Below are positions 25,436-38,187 of a stretch of DNA of 64,000 bases, in pieces. This DNA is from Chiloscyllium plagiosum (taxonomy: Eukaryota). A model generated the notes under the pieces. The model was not told the origin of the DNA, ran no database searches, and was given only the letters and a program-made list of their open reading frames with translations. The DNA is taken from positions 100,775,637 through 100,839,636 of the forward strand of contig NC_057718.1 of NCBI RefSeq assembly GCF_004010195.1, written 5' to 3'. Position numbers and translations under genes: made by a program. The first letter of the stretch is position 1. Every line of letters begins with the position of its first letter.

Positions 25436-26645
25436 GTGAGTCTCAGTGTAACACAGCACAGAAACTGACCCTTTGGTCCAGCCAGTCTATGCCAACCATA
25501 ATCCCGAGCTAAACTTGTCCTACCTACCTGTCCATATCCCTCCAAATCTTTCTATTCCTGGATTTATTCAAATGGTCTTTTAAACATTGCAATTGTACCC
25601 ACATTCACCACTTCAAGATGTTCATTACACCCGCAAACCACTCACTATGTAAACAAACTTGCCCCAATGTCTCTTTTAAATCTCTCTCATCTTACTCTTA
25701 AAAATGTGCTTCCAGTCTTGAATTCCCTCATCCTAGAGAAAAGGCAACTACCATTAACTCTACCTATACCCCTCATGATTTTATCAACCTCCTGTGCTGC
25801 AGTCCCAGCCTATCCAGCCTTGTTTTAAAACTCACACCTTCCGTACCCAGCAACATCCTGGTAAGTCTCTTCTAAACCTTTCCAGCTTAATATCCTTCCT
25901 ATAACTAGGTGAACAGAACTGGACTCAGTGTGCTATAATGTGTGTTTCTTTAACACAAATTGGCTATAACGCGATTGAAGAATTTATACCATTATTTTTA
26001 AAATGCAAACTTTCTTTACCTCTATTGGCTATGTCACGATTCTGTCCCCATTAGTTGAAATGGCGCTGCTGTTATGTGATTTTCTTATAATCACACGGGA
26101 ACAGAACTATTGCGTTATATCAGAACCAACTCTATTCCAGAAGAGGCCTCACCAATGTCCTGTACAACCTGAATATGACTTCCCAAATCCTATACTCAAA
26201 GGACTGAGCAATGAAGGCAAGCATACCAAACACCTTTTTTAATCATCCTGTCTATACGTGACACAAATATCAAAGAGTTATGTTCCTGCACCCCTAGGTC
26301 CCTCTGTTCTACAACACTACCCAAGGCCCTACCATTTATTGTGTAAGCCCTACCCTTGTTTGTTGTAACAAAGTGCAATATCTCACATTTATCCAGAGTG
26401 AAATAGTTATCTGCCAATTTTCAACCCATTGACCCATTTGATCAAGATCCCTTTGTAGTCTTAGAATATCCTCTTCACTGTCCATTGCACCACCAATTTT
26501 GGTATTGTCCACAAATTTACTAAGCAGGCACTCTATATTCTCATTCAAATCATTTATATAAATTACAAATAAAAGAAGACCCAGAACCGATCCCTGTGGA
26601 ACATTGCTGGTGACAGGCCTCCAGTCGGAAAAGCAACCCTCCACT
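25436..26645 (-). mobile_element. CR1-type LINE 3' half
   Basis: VPQGSVLGLLLFVIYINDL, KFVDNTK, and the 3' tail at the left end. Confidence 0.9.
25929..26133. mobile_element. Tigger/Tc1-mariner-like MITE inserted in the CR1
   Basis: Interrupts the CR1 sequence. The right end (reverse complement agttggttctgatataacgc) resembles the left/internal gctataacgcg. Confidence 0.55.
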
Positions 26646-28102
26646 TTTTTTTTCACAAAAATGTGTAAACAGAAAAAGAAACCAAGGTACTTTGACACCA
26701 CCCCCATCAGAAACTCCTGCGGGACAGAAAAATACTCTAGCAAAATCAAGGAAAATAAATAATTAAACAAACAAATAACCAACTCCAGTAAGTAAATTCC
26801 TTCTGCTCCGTCCCCATGGAACACTCTGGGGTAGGGGGATAATGGTTTAAAATCCAGAGGAAGTCCCCTGATAATTTCAACTAGAGATAAAATTCCCCTC
26901 ACACCGACCCCCATCAAGTGCATCTCAGACAGGGATAGTATGACGTTAAAATAAAAGCCACCTTGGCTCTTCCAAGGGCTCCAAAATCAGAACAAAGGGA
27001 AAATAAAGGAGCCCTCTTCACAGGGTACCACACCACAAATAGGTCCAAATTTCGTAACCGAGGACGGCTGACTAAAAGTGAAGGAAGGTTCGGGATTGAG
27101 TTGCTTTCCGATCGAAGATTTGAGTTGGAGTTTTTTTCCCAATCACACTGCGATCGGTGAGTTTCTGGAAAAAAAACTAACTGAAGCTAGGTATAAGTGC
27201 CAGAATGTGATTTTCCAGCACTATTTTGTGAAGTGGGTCCTAATAACCAAGGGATAAACAAAGTCGATGCATGGGTCTGGGTTCTGTCTCGACCAGAGAA
27301 AACAAGGTATTGACTGGTTCTAATCCTCAATAAATATATAAAATGGAGCCAGCTGTAGAGAATGATTTTAAAAAGCAGTCATTGCAATAATCCAGTCTAT
27401 TTTAAATTCGGTGTGTGCATGCCATTTAAACTAATACACATTTTAAAAACAGCTGCAACTCTTCTCAGTCCTTTAGGTGGCACAATGAGATAAAGACTCA
27501 TACAATATAGTTGATTAAATTTATATAATGCACAATAATATGTTTCAAATATATTCATTGAAGTACCTTTTAGTTCTCTCATACCTGAAGCCCCTCGTAC
27601 ATCTGGGTTTACACTTTAGTTTTGCCCAGAGCAGCAACTCCTGAGTTGAATTTGGATCATTAGTATTTAGTTAGCTGTACTGGTGCAATTTTCTTTTTTG
27701 CTTTCCAAGAATTTCATCTAATATTGGAGTGAGAAAAAGCATATATTTCAGAAGTCTTATCGAGGTGAACTTTATACTGTATGGCAAGCTCAAGTATTTA
27801 AGGCAGAGAAGTGAATGTTCTGACAAAATGCCTGTTTTAGAATTTACTTGTTTTCTATAAACTTTGCATAATAATATAGGAAACTGGCAAATAAAGAGAG
27901 GAAGCAAAATCTGTAGAAGGAGGGTACTTTCTTTTTTAATGTTATAAAATGACAGTTGAATTTTGAGGCCATTTAATTAAATAATACTGTTTAATTGACA
28001 GACTCTAGATTAGAGTGGTGCTGGGAAAGCACAGCAGGTCAGGCAGCATCAGAGGAGCAGGAAAATCGATGTTTCGGGCAAAAGCCCTAATGAAGAAAGA
28101 TA

Positions 28103-28318
28103 TTAGATTAGATTAGATTACTTAGTGTGGAAACAGGTCCTTCGGCCCAACAAGTCCACACCGACCCGCCGAAGTGCAACCCACCCATATCCCTACATTT
28201 ACCCCTTCACCTAACACTACGGGCAATTTAGCATGGCCAATTCACCTGACTTGCACATCTTTGGACTGTGGGAGGAAACCGGAGCACCAAGAGGAAACCC
28301 ACACAGACACTGGGAGAA
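28103..28318 (-). mobile_element. 5'-truncated HE1-like SINE
   Basis: (ttaga)n tail and reverse complement of the SINE body. Confidence 0.9.
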
Positions 28319-28735
28319 TAAGCTTGGACTTTTCTCTCTGGAGAGGAGGAGGAGGAGGAAGAGAGGAGACCTGATCGAGGTGAACAAAATAATGAGAGGA
28401 ATAGATAGAATCAATAGTCAGAGACTTTTCCTCAGGGCAGGATTGACTGGTACGAGAAGTCATAGTTTGAAGATATTACGAGGAAGGTATAAAGGAGACG
28501 TCAGAGTTAGGTTCTTCATGCAGAGAGTTGTGAATGCATGGAATGCATTGCCAGTTGTGGTGGTGGAAGCAGAGTCGTGGGGGACATTTTAAGCGACTGC
28601 TGGACTTGCACATGGTGGATAGCAGTGAGTTGAGGGGTGCATAGGTTAAGTTACTATATTTTACATTAGGATTAAATCTCGCCACAACATTGTGGGCCAA
28701 CAGGCCTGTTCTGTGCTGTACTTTTCTATGTTCTA
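28319..28735 (+). mobile_element. CR1-type LINE 3' end
   Basis: KLGLFSLERRR..RGDLIEVNKIMRGID..RVVNAWNALP; tail ttctatgttctat. Confidence 0.9.
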
Positions 28736-29269
28736 TCAGGAATTTTGCCCAAAACGTCGATTTTCCTGCTCCTCGGATGCTGCCTGACCTGCTGTGCTTT
28801 TCCAGAACCACTCTCATCTAAACTCTGATTTCCAGCATTTGCAGTCCTCACTTTGGCCTAATTGACAGAAAGAGTCAATGCTAATCATAATTAGTTGAGA
28901 GATTTTAGCTTGCAATCCTAGTCAACAGTAGAAAACATGAGTCTCATCAGGAAAGCCCCATACATTTCATTGTCCAAATATAATTTTTGTATTAAACAAA
29001 TGCAGTTAGATTTTGAAAGCTGGTAAAGCCTTTATGACAGCAACAGACAAGAAGGTGTTGTAGGAGGGAGGAAGGGAACTAATTTCAAAGTATCTCTAAA
29101 CTAATGGCACTTGATGTGTTGCAGGGAGATGGAGAATGAGGGTGAGCTGAATGGCAGTGGGGAAGGGAGGTGATTAAGTGGTGTGTCTAGTAACAGGAAC
29201 GTTGTCTTTGTCTTTGAAAGCACTTCAATGAGAAGGGTGTTTGGGGAGAGTATATAACATGAGAAGATG

Positions 29270-29695
29270 GAAACATAAATAGGAGAAGAAACAGGCCATT
29301 CAGCCTTTGAAGCCTAACCCACAACTTTGTAAGTTCATCATCGATCTGCCCCAAACCTCAACTGCTTCTCTTTCATGCCAGCTCCTCATAGTCCTTAACT
29401 CAACATTTTAACAAAATTTATCTGCCTCCTCTTTTCAGTACTTCCAATGATCCACCTCCACAACTCTCTTGGGTAGAGAATTCCAGGCAATCGTTACCGT
29501 CTGGGGAAGGAGATTATTTTGCATTACAATGTTAAGTCACATTATTCTGTAACTATGTCTCTTAGTTTGAGATTCCCCCCACAGGTGGAAACATGTCAAC
29601 ATCTACCCTGTCAGGCCCTGTCAGAATCTTGTATGTTTCAATAGGCCACTCCTTGTTCTTCTAACCTCTACTAAATTAAAAGTCTTAACCATTCT
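29270..29695 (-). mobile_element. Older CR1-type 3' end
   Basis: Reverse complement of the ggtagatgttga..tttccacctgtgggggaatctcaaact pattern. Confidence 0.65.
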
Positions 29696-29697
29696 TC

Positions 29698-30034
29698 ATA
29701 GAATCCTTACAGTGTGGAAACAGCCCCTTCGGCCCAACAAATCCACCAACCCTCCAAAGAGTAACCCACCCAGACTTATTCCCCAACCCTATTACTCTCA
29801 ATTATCCTTGACTAATGCACCTAACCTACACACCCCTGAACACTATGGGCAATTTAGCATGGCCAATCTACCTACTTAGCACATCTTGGATTGTGGGAGG
29901 AAACCGGAGCACCCAGAGAAAACCCACGCAGACATGGGGAGAATGTGCAAACTCCACACAGTCGCCTGAGGGTGGAATCGAACCTGGGTCCCTGACACTG
30001 TGAGGCAGCAGTGCTAACCACTGAGCCACCATGC
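29698..30034 (-). mobile_element. Full-length HE1-like SINE
   Basis: A and B boxes on the minus strand, with the SINE body and tail. Confidence 0.9.
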
Positions 30035-30759
30035 TGTTAGGTTCTTTTTCTGAGGTTTCACACATGAGATGCAATTTGCACATACCAACCTCTGCAAACA
30101 GTTAAAGTTTATAAAGCTTGTACAAGCCAGGTGACCCGCTTTGACCCATTTGCAGGCATGCAAAATTGAGTCAAGAAGGCTCTGAACAAAGAAACCACAT
30201 CCTCTTTATACAGGTCAGTTGGTCATGTTCACAGGTACTCTGGACACTTTTTTTTTCCCATAATCACCTGTAAACCCAAGTACAATAGTAGGATGAGATC
30301 GTCACCTGAGATAATGCAAATGTAAATGCCCTAATCTTGGGGAATCATTACGTAGATGATTTCCTGACTCGGTGATTCCCCAGGACACTGTAGGTGTGAT
30401 ACGCCCTATCTTCGGGGCGACCCTGCAAATGAGTTCTGGCTCTGCTACCTCCCCAGACGATGTAGGTGTGATGGCCTTCAGTATTGGGGGATGATCACGC
30501 AAACAAATTTGGTTGGGGGATGGCTATGAAAGTATTTCTGAATGGAAGCGAGAGTTTAATTTGATGATAGTAGCGGAGTAGTAGCAAATGACTGTCTAAA
30601 TGGAGTGTGAGTCATCTGCATTCCTGCATAAATGTCATCACCACCTATTTCCAGAATGTTCTGTCAGTGCAGTTTAAACCTTGAATATAACATTAATGTC
30701 CAGAGAGATATTCCAATTAATCTTTTAATATTACAATGCCGCTCTTAATTCATGATAAG

Positions 30760-31290
30760 TCACCCCTTCATTCGAGGATCCAGCCTACTGAATCCTTTTT
30801 GAATTGCCTTCAGAATCAATATATCCATTTTCAAATACAGGACCAAAACTATGCACAGTGTTCCAGGTGTGGCCTCACCAACCCTGTACAATTGTAACAA
30901 GACCTGCCTATTTTTATACTCCAGTAGAGGCAAAAGCTTCATTTCTGGCATTAATTACTTGGTGCACCTGTGTGATGACATTTTGTGTTTCATGCACAAG
31001 AATACTGATTCATGAACGTTCTTGGACTGTCTCTCCATTTAACTAATGTCTTTTGACTTTCCTATCAAAATTCATGACCTCACCTACCTCGTGAAACTCC
31101 ATCTGCCAAGTTTAATTGTGCCCAGTCATTAAGCCTATTTATATCCTCTTGCAGATCCCTTATGTCCCCATCATAACATGTCTTCCATCTATTTTTTGCA
31201 TCATCACTAAATTTGGATACATGTCCCCCCCCCTCCCCCAGCACCGACCTCCAGCAGCTTCAAATCATTAACGCAGATGGTCAGAATTGT
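30760..31290 (-). mobile_element. Degraded CR1-type fragment
   Basis: EYKNRQVLLQLYR..PHLEHCA, AIQKGFSRLDP. Confidence 0.7.
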
Positions 31291-33829
31291 GTCTTGGTAC
31301 ACAGGGTGTCAATGTCGGTCAGTGAGCACAGGAACATGGGAGATGTTGTAGATTGTGGACTCCTTTTGTATTATAGGTTTGGATAGAAGAATTTATGATC
31401 AAAATACAAATATTAGGAGAAATGTGTGACTTCAAAAATGAGGGCCAAATTATGCCTTAGCCCTTGTATAACCCTTTTTTACCTGAAGGTTATATTTAAA
31501 TATTAACATTCCATGTGCAGTGAGCTGTAAGATAATTTTTTTGCAACATCTAAGTTGCTATGAATTTTCTTGCAACTGAGGTTTTACAGTAAATGATTTT
31601 TTTAAAATCAGTCTGATTGGATGTGTTGTGACGCACACCTATTGCTGATGCAGACCTACTAGCCCAAAAGTAAGGCCGCTACCTCCATGCCAAAAGACAG
31701 TAAATTATATAAACATAAAAAAGCTTCAGCAATTAAAACATTCCACATAACAACAACTGGTTTATTCAGACTCATGAGTTCCTAAATCATGTTTCCTGGG
31801 GAAACCTTTGCATAAAATTCCACCTTGATTTGGAATATCTGGATGGAGCTTGGATTATGGCATTGCAATTTACTGACCCTTGTTGATGCGCCTCAGTCCC
31901 TGCAAACCCCTTTTCACTCTTGAATTTTTGTTTCAGAGATGAGCAGAGTATGTTACGTAAATTCCATAGTGAATAGCTTGGTTCTGTTTTCATTTTAAAA
32001 CTTGAAAACAAAACGCCTTGGTAATTGGTACTTTACCAAAGATAACTCACACGAAAGTTACTGAAGCGTAGGTTGCTTGTGCAGCTTGTTTACTTTAAAG
32101 CAGCCATGTGTTTGTTTATTGTGGTGATCCAAGAAGCTGCCTCCTGGTGAAGAAGGCACCTTTGCTGTCTTCTCTGAGGTAATTCTCCAAAAGAAAATTT
32201 GGAGTTGTAATTAATGGTTATCCACAGCATGTAAAATATGTGACCAATTTCATAGTAGACCCTTCAGGTTTCATTTGTATTCTAAATAGATACAGAAGCT
32301 ACATTTTACTTAGTTAGATCAACAATTATTCATAAGAGATTTAGTGTGTTACTGAGAAATTTATTTACCTGCAGTGGGTAAAGAAAGTACTATTTTGTAT
32401 ATTTTCCAGGAACCAATCAAAAAACACATGCTTCACTGTCTCTTGGCAGATGGGGAACGTACAAATCAAAAGCGAGAACTGTGCTAGAGAACTACTAAGG
32501 ACTTGTGAAAACAACCAATCCTGAATGACCAGTCAGAAGAACATACCAATAAAAGAAAGAAGGCGAAAAACTCATTCTGATTTCAAGATTTTATCAAAGT
32601 TTTTTTTCTGTCCTTTTTTTTTGAGTTCATGTGGCCTCAAAGTTCCTAAACTTTTTTTTTAAAGTGACATTTTTGCATTTAAAACTTACCATGAAGCTAT
32701 CTTCTGTATGTTTGACAAGTTTCTCTTTGGAGTTAATGTCTTTCAAGTAAAAACACAGCATTTACTGTGCTCAACTGTTATTAACTTCATACAGTTCGCA
32801 GAATTTCCCATTGTGATTAGAATTTGTAGGGTTTTGTCAGGGCGAGTGGAACACTAACTCTCAGTAGAAAAATGTACCTCCTCATGGAATCAATATTTTT
32901 CATTTTCTTTGAATTTTTCTAAATTATTTGAAAACCATTTGCAGAATGAATTTTTCATTTAGTTTTGTATTTCATTGATTTATAGAGGTAGCTGACGATA
33001 GAGTAACTCTTTCTGATACAGTACTAGTTTGTTTCTTAAACGTAAAATAAAAATCGATTTAAATATTGAACATTTTTTTCAACAAACAAAAGGAATTGAT
33101 TCCCATTAATCAAGCTAGGAAATGACACCATTTTTAGTTAATTTGAATTTGCTGCAAAAGAAAGTGATATTTGAAGCTTCCATGCATACTCTTGTCAAGT
33201 AGTGTCAATGCACCTAAAGTATCCAGTATGGCGCCTGACACTGACCTTTTGAAATTATTTCACTACTTGTTCCTCCCCCCTCCCCCATCCTCTCTGATGT
33301 GACACCCCAGATTTCATGGGTTTTGTCAGGTTTTTTTCAGCGTTTCTACTTTTCAGGCATTTCCATTTTATAACTAGTGTTGCTAGGTAACAGGACTCTC
33401 CCTCTTGCCCTACTGCTCAATTTTCCACTCCAAAGTTATTTGTGTGCTCCCAGGCCCCCATAACAATATAGCTACAACCAACTACTACTTCCCAGGTAGT
33501 CCTAGATTTCGTCCTTTCTCTCTTGCTTCCAGAATATTACCTCTGAAGTTAGCTGGAACACTGAGGAGAATTAAGTGAATTTGAAAAAGCTGCGCTGAGG
33601 TTTTCAGTTGAATGAATCATTGGGATTTTAAGATAAGAGAGCTCTTGGGGAGAAATATAAAGTAATCTGAGTTCATAAGATATGCAGTTGTAAACTTTAG
33701 TGTTAATAATATTTGTTTGTTTAATACTTTTTGATATACAATAAAGTTTGTTTTGGTTCAAACATGAAATCTTGTGGTACAGTTCTGTTGGTTAATTGGG
33801 CACTTGGCCTCCTCCTTTCATGTTAATAA

Positions 33830-34280
33830 TTCCTAACCCCATCACAACAAATGCACCTGGTTCCAGTTTCTCCTTTTCCTGTTGTTGGGATAATGAACCA
33901 GTTCTCTCTTTTGAAGGCTTTGATTGCATCTGCCACCACTAGGCAATGCATTCTTGATCCCAATCATTTGCTGCATAAAAATGTTGTGTTTTTCTCATGA
34001 AACTGCTGCTTCCTTTGTTCACTACCTCTTGTTCTTACCCTGGGGAACGTTTCCCTCTTTCTAATGTGCTCAGATCTCTAATGAGTTTCGATGACCGTAC
34101 CAAATCACCTTTACATTTTGACATCTCCAAGGAGTGCAACTCCAGCATCCAATCTATCCATTTACCCCAAGTCCCTCATGCCCAGAATCATTCCTGTGAA
34201 TTTTTTTCAGCATTCTTTCTAACGAAGTCAACCCTTCCAAAAGTGTGATACCAAGAACCAGACACGATACCCCGGGTGAG
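33830..34280 (-). mobile_element. Degraded CR1-type 3' end
   Basis: Reverse-complement similarity to the other CR1 3' ends in the window. Confidence 0.55.
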
Positions 34281-34290
34281 GCCAGATATG

Positions 34291-37115
34291 ATGGTGGTAT
34301 AGTGGTAATGTCATTGGATCAGTAATCCAGAAGCCCAAATAAATTGTCTGGGAGAATTCAGTTATCTGTAAGAATAAAAGGGTGGTTATGATGAGGTGAT
34401 TTTAACTTTCTAAACATAGACTGGGACTGCCATAGTGTTAAGGGTTTAGATGGAGAGTAATTTGTTAATTGTGTACAAGAAACTTTTCTGATTCAGTATG
34501 TGGATGTACTGACTAGAGAAGGTGCAAAACTTGACCTAACTCTTGGGAAGTAAGGCAGGGCAGGTGACTGAGATGTCAGTGGGAGAGCACCTTGGGGCCA
34601 GCAACCATAATTCTATTAGTTTTAAGGTTTTGGAAAAGAATAGACCAGAACTTAAAGTTGAAGTTCTAAATTAGAGGAAGACTTATTTTGATGGTATTAG
34701 GCAACAGCTTTCAAAAGCTGATAGGGGCAGACGTTCGCAGGTAAAGGAACGGCTGGAAAATGGGAAGCCTTCAGAAATGAGATAACGAGAGTCCAGAGAC
34801 AGTATATTCCTGTTAGAGTGAAAGGAAAGGCTGGTAGGTGTAGGGAATGCTGGATGACTAGAGAAATTGAGGGTTTGTTTAAGAAAAAGAAGGAAGCATA
34901 TGTCAGGTTTGGACAGGATAGATCGAGTGAATCCTTAGCGTGTAAAGGCAGTAGGAGTATACTAAAGAGGGAAATCAGGAGGGCAAAAAGGGGACATGAG
35001 ATAGCTTTGGCAAATAGGGTTAAGGAGAATCCAAAGGGATTTGATAAATACATTAAAGACAAAAAGATAACTGGGGAGGGAATAGGGCCCCTCAAAGATA
35101 AGCAAGGCAACCTATGTGTGGAGCTGCAGGAGATGGGGAAGATACTGAATGAATACTTTGTTGTTTATTGTGGAGAAGGATGTGGAGAACAAAGAATGTG
35201 GGGAAATCGATGGTGACATCTTGAAAAATGTCCATATTACAGAGGTGTTATTGAATGCCAGGAAACGCATAAACGTGGATAAATCCCAGTACCTGATCAG
35301 GTGTACCCAAGAACTCTGTGGGAGGCAAGGGAAGTGATTGCAGGTCCCTTGCTCAGACATTTGTATCGTCGAAAGTCACAGGTGAGTTGCTAGAATACTG
35401 AAGGTTGGCTAACACGGTGCCACTATTTAAGAAAAGTGGTAAGGACAAGCCAGGGAACTATAGACCAGTGAGCCTGACATTGGTGATGGGCAAGTTGTTG
35501 GAGGGAATCCCGAGGGACAGGGTTTACATGTGTTTGAAATCGCAAGGGCTGATTAGGGACAGTCAGCATGGCTTTGTGTGGGAAATCATGTCTCTCAAAC
35601 TTGATTTGAGTTTTTTGAAAAAGTAACCAAAGACGATTGATGAGGGCAGAGCAGTGGACGTGATCTATATGGACATCAGGAAGGTGTTCGACAAGGTTTG
35701 TCATGGGACACTAGTTAATAAGGTTAGATCTCATGGAATACAGGGAGAACTAGCCATTTGGATACAGAACTGGCTGGAAGGTAGAAGACAGAGTGGCGGA
35801 GTGTTGTTTTTTTCAGATTGGAAGCCTGTGACCAGTGGTGTGCCACAAGGATCGGTGCTGGGTCTACTGCTTTTCGTCATTGACGTAAATTATTTGGATG
35901 TGAATATAGGAGGTACAATTAGTAGGTTTGCAGATGACACCAAAATTGGAAGTGTAGTGGATAGTGAAGAAGGTTACCTCAGATTGCAACAGGATCTTGG
36001 TCAGATGGGCCAATGGGCTGAGGAGTGGCAGATGGAGTTTAATTTAGATAAATGTTAGGTGCTGCATTTTGGGGAAAACAAATCTTAGCAGGACTTATAC
36101 ACTTAATGGTAAGGTCCTGGGGAGTGTTTATGAACCAAGAGACCTTGGAGTGCAGGTTCATAGCTCCTTGAAAGTAGAGTCACAGGTAGATAGGATAGTG
36201 AAGAAGGCATTTGATATGCTTTCCTTTATTAGTCAGAGCATTGAGGATAGGAGTTGGGAGGTCATGTTGCGGCTGTACAGGACATTGGTTAAGCCACTTT
36301 TGGAATATTGCATGCAATTCTGGTCTCCCTCCTATTGAAGGATGTTGTGTAACTTGAAAGGGTTCAGAAAAGATTTACAAGGATGTTGCCAGGTTTGGAG
36401 GATTTGAGCTATAGGGAGAGGCAAAATCGGCCTGGACTGTTTTCCCTGGACCATAGGAGGCTGAGGGGTGGCCTTATAGAGGTGTATAAAATCATGAGAG
36501 GCATGGATAGGATAAACAGACACGGTCTTTTCCCTGAGTGGGCGAGTCCAGAACTAGAGGGCATAGGTTTAGGGTGAGAGGGGAAAGACATGGAAGGGAC
36601 CTAAGTGGCAACATTTTCACAGAAGGTGGTGCGTATATGGAATGAGCTGCCAGAGGGGATGGTGGAGTCTGGTACAATAACAACATTTAAAAGGCATCTG
36701 GATGGGTATATGAATAGGAAGGGTTTAGAGGGATATGGGCCAATTACTGGCAAATAGAGCTAGATTAATTTAAGATATCTTGCCAGCATGGACGGATTGG
36801 ACTGAAGGATCTGTTTCTGTGCTGTGCACCTCTGTGATTATGACTCTATGAATTCCACAATGACAACTGGATGACTTTAAATTCAATTAATGGGTTAACC
36901 TACAGTTAAAAGCTGATCTCATGGTAACCATGAATCTGCAATCAATTGTGATTAAAAACCCCTCTGATTCACTGAGGTCCTTCATTTCAGGAAGGAAATC
37001 TGCCATACTTGTCTAGTCTGGCCAACATGTTCCCACAGGAATAGCCTAGTGAGCACCCAGTTCAAAGGTAATTGGGAACAGCAATGCCAGTGATATCCAT
37101 ATCCCAGGAAAGAAG
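34291..37115 (+). mobile_element. SacSINE1-like (Deu-type) SINE split by the CR1 (pieces 34291-34359 and 36850-37115)
   Basis: Head gtggtaatgtcattggatcagtaatccaga and body aggaaggaaatctgccatact match 58545-58890 and 63790-63985. Confidence 0.6.
34360..36849 (+). mobile_element. 2.5-kb 5'-truncated CR1-type (HER1-like) LINE, frameshifted
   Basis: Endonuclease C-terminus (LGASNHNSISF), NYRPVSLT, FADDTK, LEYCMQFWSP, and a tail ending tgactctatg. Confidence 0.97.
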
Positions 37116-38131
37116 AGCATTATCCAACTTTGTAATAATATTGTTTATTATAGGACTCCATTCCCTTTTAATAAAAGCCTGGATCCCTAAATGCATTATT
37201 GGCTGCTTTCTTTACTTGCTCTACCATCTTCAATGATTTGTGCACATTAGTGTCCCTGAAGAGAGAGGGCATGATGTCAAACAGTTTGTAACAGTCTGGA
37301 GTTGTTTATCAGTCCTACGAACAACATTTTAATTTAACTTGGTGAGTTACTTTTTCAAGTTTTGATTTAAAAATAGATACAGGCCCCCTTTTCAGGGGCT
37401 GTTAATTTGTTTGATTGATTATTTGATCCTTTCCTCACTGACACTTTTCATATTAATTTTTTTTATGTTAATGAAAGTGAAGGCTCCAGACATCCCATAC
37501 AGTGGCAGGAACTGTTTCTTTGATTTGTGAGGAAATCAGTGGAGTTCAATCTCCGAAATGAATTGTATTATTTGATTAAATGCACAATCTCTCATTTGCA
37601 GTGCGCAGTGGACTGCAGCTAGACTCATAGTGACAGAGAATGTAGAGACCATTCAGCCTTTTATGCCAGTGCAGGCTCTTTGGAAAGGCTGTCAAAAGGC
37701 CACATTTCTGTACTTTCCCCATCATTACAAAACTATTCATTATTCAAGTACGTATCCAATTTCATCTTTCTGGTGGTTGCTATTGAATTTGTAAGCCGAA
37801 CAAAGTGGAATGTTTTTTTTAAAAAAAAAAATGACATTGTCCTTTCAGTATAAGGTTTTTGTATCTGATTATGCCACAACTCTGTTATATTTGGAGTTGG
37901 GCAATTCAAATATTTGTGCGCATACACATTCTGCTCCGTAGAAATTTGAAAGTATTTGTAGCATTAGCAGTTATGCAGCCGGAAGCTTTCAAAACAACTT
38001 AAGTAAGATTGTAATGTGGGTCAACAAAATGCATTTGTCAGAACTTTATTGCACTGGTATGCCAGTTGCTATTCCCATCCTTAACGCATCCAGATAAATA
38101 AATATCTGAGAGATCACTGTTCAAGTTACAC

Positions 38132-38187
38132 TTTTAAAAAGTGGCGTTTGTCTCTGATCTCCAGCACCTGCAGTCCTCACTTTCTCC
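38132..38187 (+). mobile_element. Very short family A terminus
   Basis: ctccagcacctgcagtcctcactttctc, flanked by the 16-bp repeat act(g/c)ttcaagttacac. Confidence 0.7.

Larger units (their letters stand above)
28003..28858. mobile_element. Family A palindrome split by a SINE+LINE composite
   Basis: Arms at 28003-28088 and 28735-28858; 11-bp direct repeat taattgacaga (27992-28002, 28859-28869). Confidence 0.85.

Noticed and set aside
27710..27815. YWSEKKHIFQKSY peptide faintly like the missing MACROD2 segment
   Set aside because: A stop codon lies between the nearest acceptor and the peptide, and the similarity is weak.
34360..36849. Possible active reverse transcriptase gene
   Set aside because: 5'-truncated, with multiple frameshifts and stops.
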